Translations under genes and position numbers: made by a program
The notes under the pieces: model-generated
The model's input: the letters and a program-made list of their open reading frames with translations, nothing else
The model's database searches: none
Told to the model about the DNA's origin: nothing
Shown here: in pieces, positions 63,025 to 64,000 of the stretch
Numbering within the stretch: the first letter of the stretch is position 1
Layout: every line of letters begins with the position of its first letter
Source of the DNA: an uncultured virus (IMG/VR IMGVR_UViG_3300035204_001483)
Taxonomy: Duplodnaviria > Heunggongvirae > Uroviricota > Caudoviricetes
IMG/VR virus record: IMGVR_UViG_3300035204_001483
Length of the DNA stretch: 64,000 nt
Direction: 5' to 3' (one strand)

Positions 63025-64000
63025 ACGTTAAGACCAAGAGCATTCAATCTGCCTCTAAACTTATCGTAGGGAACATGATTGTAAGATAAGTTTTTGGGGT
63101 AGGGTATCCAATAATCTCTACGTTGCTCCATATCTTTATCGAAAATTCCTTCGGCCATTAAGCTGGCTACGCTAGAAATAGGAAACGCTGTTGCTTTTTG
63201 CATGGCGGAAAATCCATCTAAATCTCCAAAAATGGCTAGTTCTTCTTTCCATTCTACTTTTTCTCCGTCTACAAATACCTTAACTAAAACAACGTCACCT
63301 GTATCGTGTGTATCTTTGCACCCTTTTTCAAAAGCTTCTCTAACGCATTCCTCGCTCTGATTTCTGATTAAAAATCTGACTATGTCCCTATGCCCCTCGT
63401 ATCTTAAGGTTTTATAATAGCATTTTTCAACCCCCTTGTCTTTCATGCTAAGGATGGTGTGGGATGCCCCGCCGCTAGTGCAAAACGCTTCTAACTGCCC
63501 TAATATACCGCAGTCTACAGTTTCTCGGTGGCTCATTCCCTCTACTATTTTTATTTGCCCGTCCTCTAACACTTCACAGTCATCTTTATATTCATTTATG
63601 AGTCCGTCAATAGACCAAGTGACAACGTAATCTAACGGGTGATTTACTTTTGAGGTCGGCAACCCCCCCACCATCATCTTGACTGACGTCACCTGTCTGT
63701 GTAATTGTTTGTACCCATGTTCCGCTAAAATATTCGCCCATCCAGGGGCCAAACCAAGATCAGTGAACACAGGTTTAGTCGCGTTTTCCTTGGCGTAACT
63801 GTTGATGTGATGAGAGACATCTACTCTGCCGCCCAAGTCACAATAACGAAATCCATTATCTACACACCAGTAAGCAATCTCTTCAGTTTGATGATAAGGC
63901 AAGCTACTAATTACCACATCTGGTTTTTCATGGGTAAGTAGGACGGTCTCCATCATCTTGTTGGCATCGTTTTGATCCGTTAAATAAAATGCTCCTTCCT
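63021..64000 (-). CDS. Saccharopine dehydrogenase-family oxidoreductase (5' end beyond window)
   Basis: VVISSLPY, YCDLGG, GLAPG, VGGLP, WSIDGLINEY, LEAF, YKTLRYEGH, SAMQKATAF. Frame stays open to 64000. Confidence 0.85.
   Translation of the reverse strand, partial: EGAFYLTDQNDANKMMETVLLTHEKPDVVISSLPYHQTEEIAYWCVDNGFRYCDLGGRVDVSHHINSYAKENATKPVFTDLGLAPGWANILAEHGYKQLHRQVTSVKMMVGGLPTSKVNHPLDYVVTWSIDGLINEYKDDCEVLEDGQIKIVEGMSHRETVDCGILGQLEAFCTSGGASHTILSMKDKGVEKCYYKTLRYEGHRDIVRFLIRNQSEECVREAFEKGCKDTHDTGDVVLVKVFVDGEKVEWKEELAIFGDLDGFSAMQKATAFPISSVASLMAEGIFDKDMEQRRDYWIPYPKNLSYNHVPYDKFRGRLNALGLNV

Overview
A 64-kb segment of a large tailed dsDNA phage genome (standard genetic code; host not identifiable from the sequence). 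1-25.4 kb, minus strand: virion and packaging module with a >2750-aa collagen/C1q fibre running off the left edge, two paralogous structural proteins, a tubulin/FtsZ-family protein, a probable portal, a second collagen fibre, terminase large subunit, an ERCC4 nuclease and a phage sigma factor. 25.4-31.5 kb: glycosyltransferases, a radical SAM enzyme and phoH. 32.3-43.9 kb: an early-gene region built from small cassettes, mostly with their own sigma70 promoter and a leaderless or near-leaderless start. They are separated by 22 copies of a symmetric 37-bp element (AGGGGTT-N8-CGCWGCG-N8-AACCCCT) and lie in both orientations. One cassette appears to be a structured ncRNA and another begins with an ArfA-like peptide. 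Many early transcripts carry an (A/G)ACCTAC box at the 5' end, independent of reading frame, and two hairpins downstream of rIIA expose its exact complement in their loops, suggesting an antisense switch. 44-64 kb: RuvB-like ATPase, SleB hydrolase, rIIA/rIIB, three clusters of a GAGGATTACAACAT-type repeat, a tmRNA with a 32-aa tag, methyltransferases, an HNH nuclease, small membrane and Cys-rich peptides, and a saccharopine-dehydrogenase-like gene cut by the right edge. All family calls come from motif recognition by eye; no database search was run.
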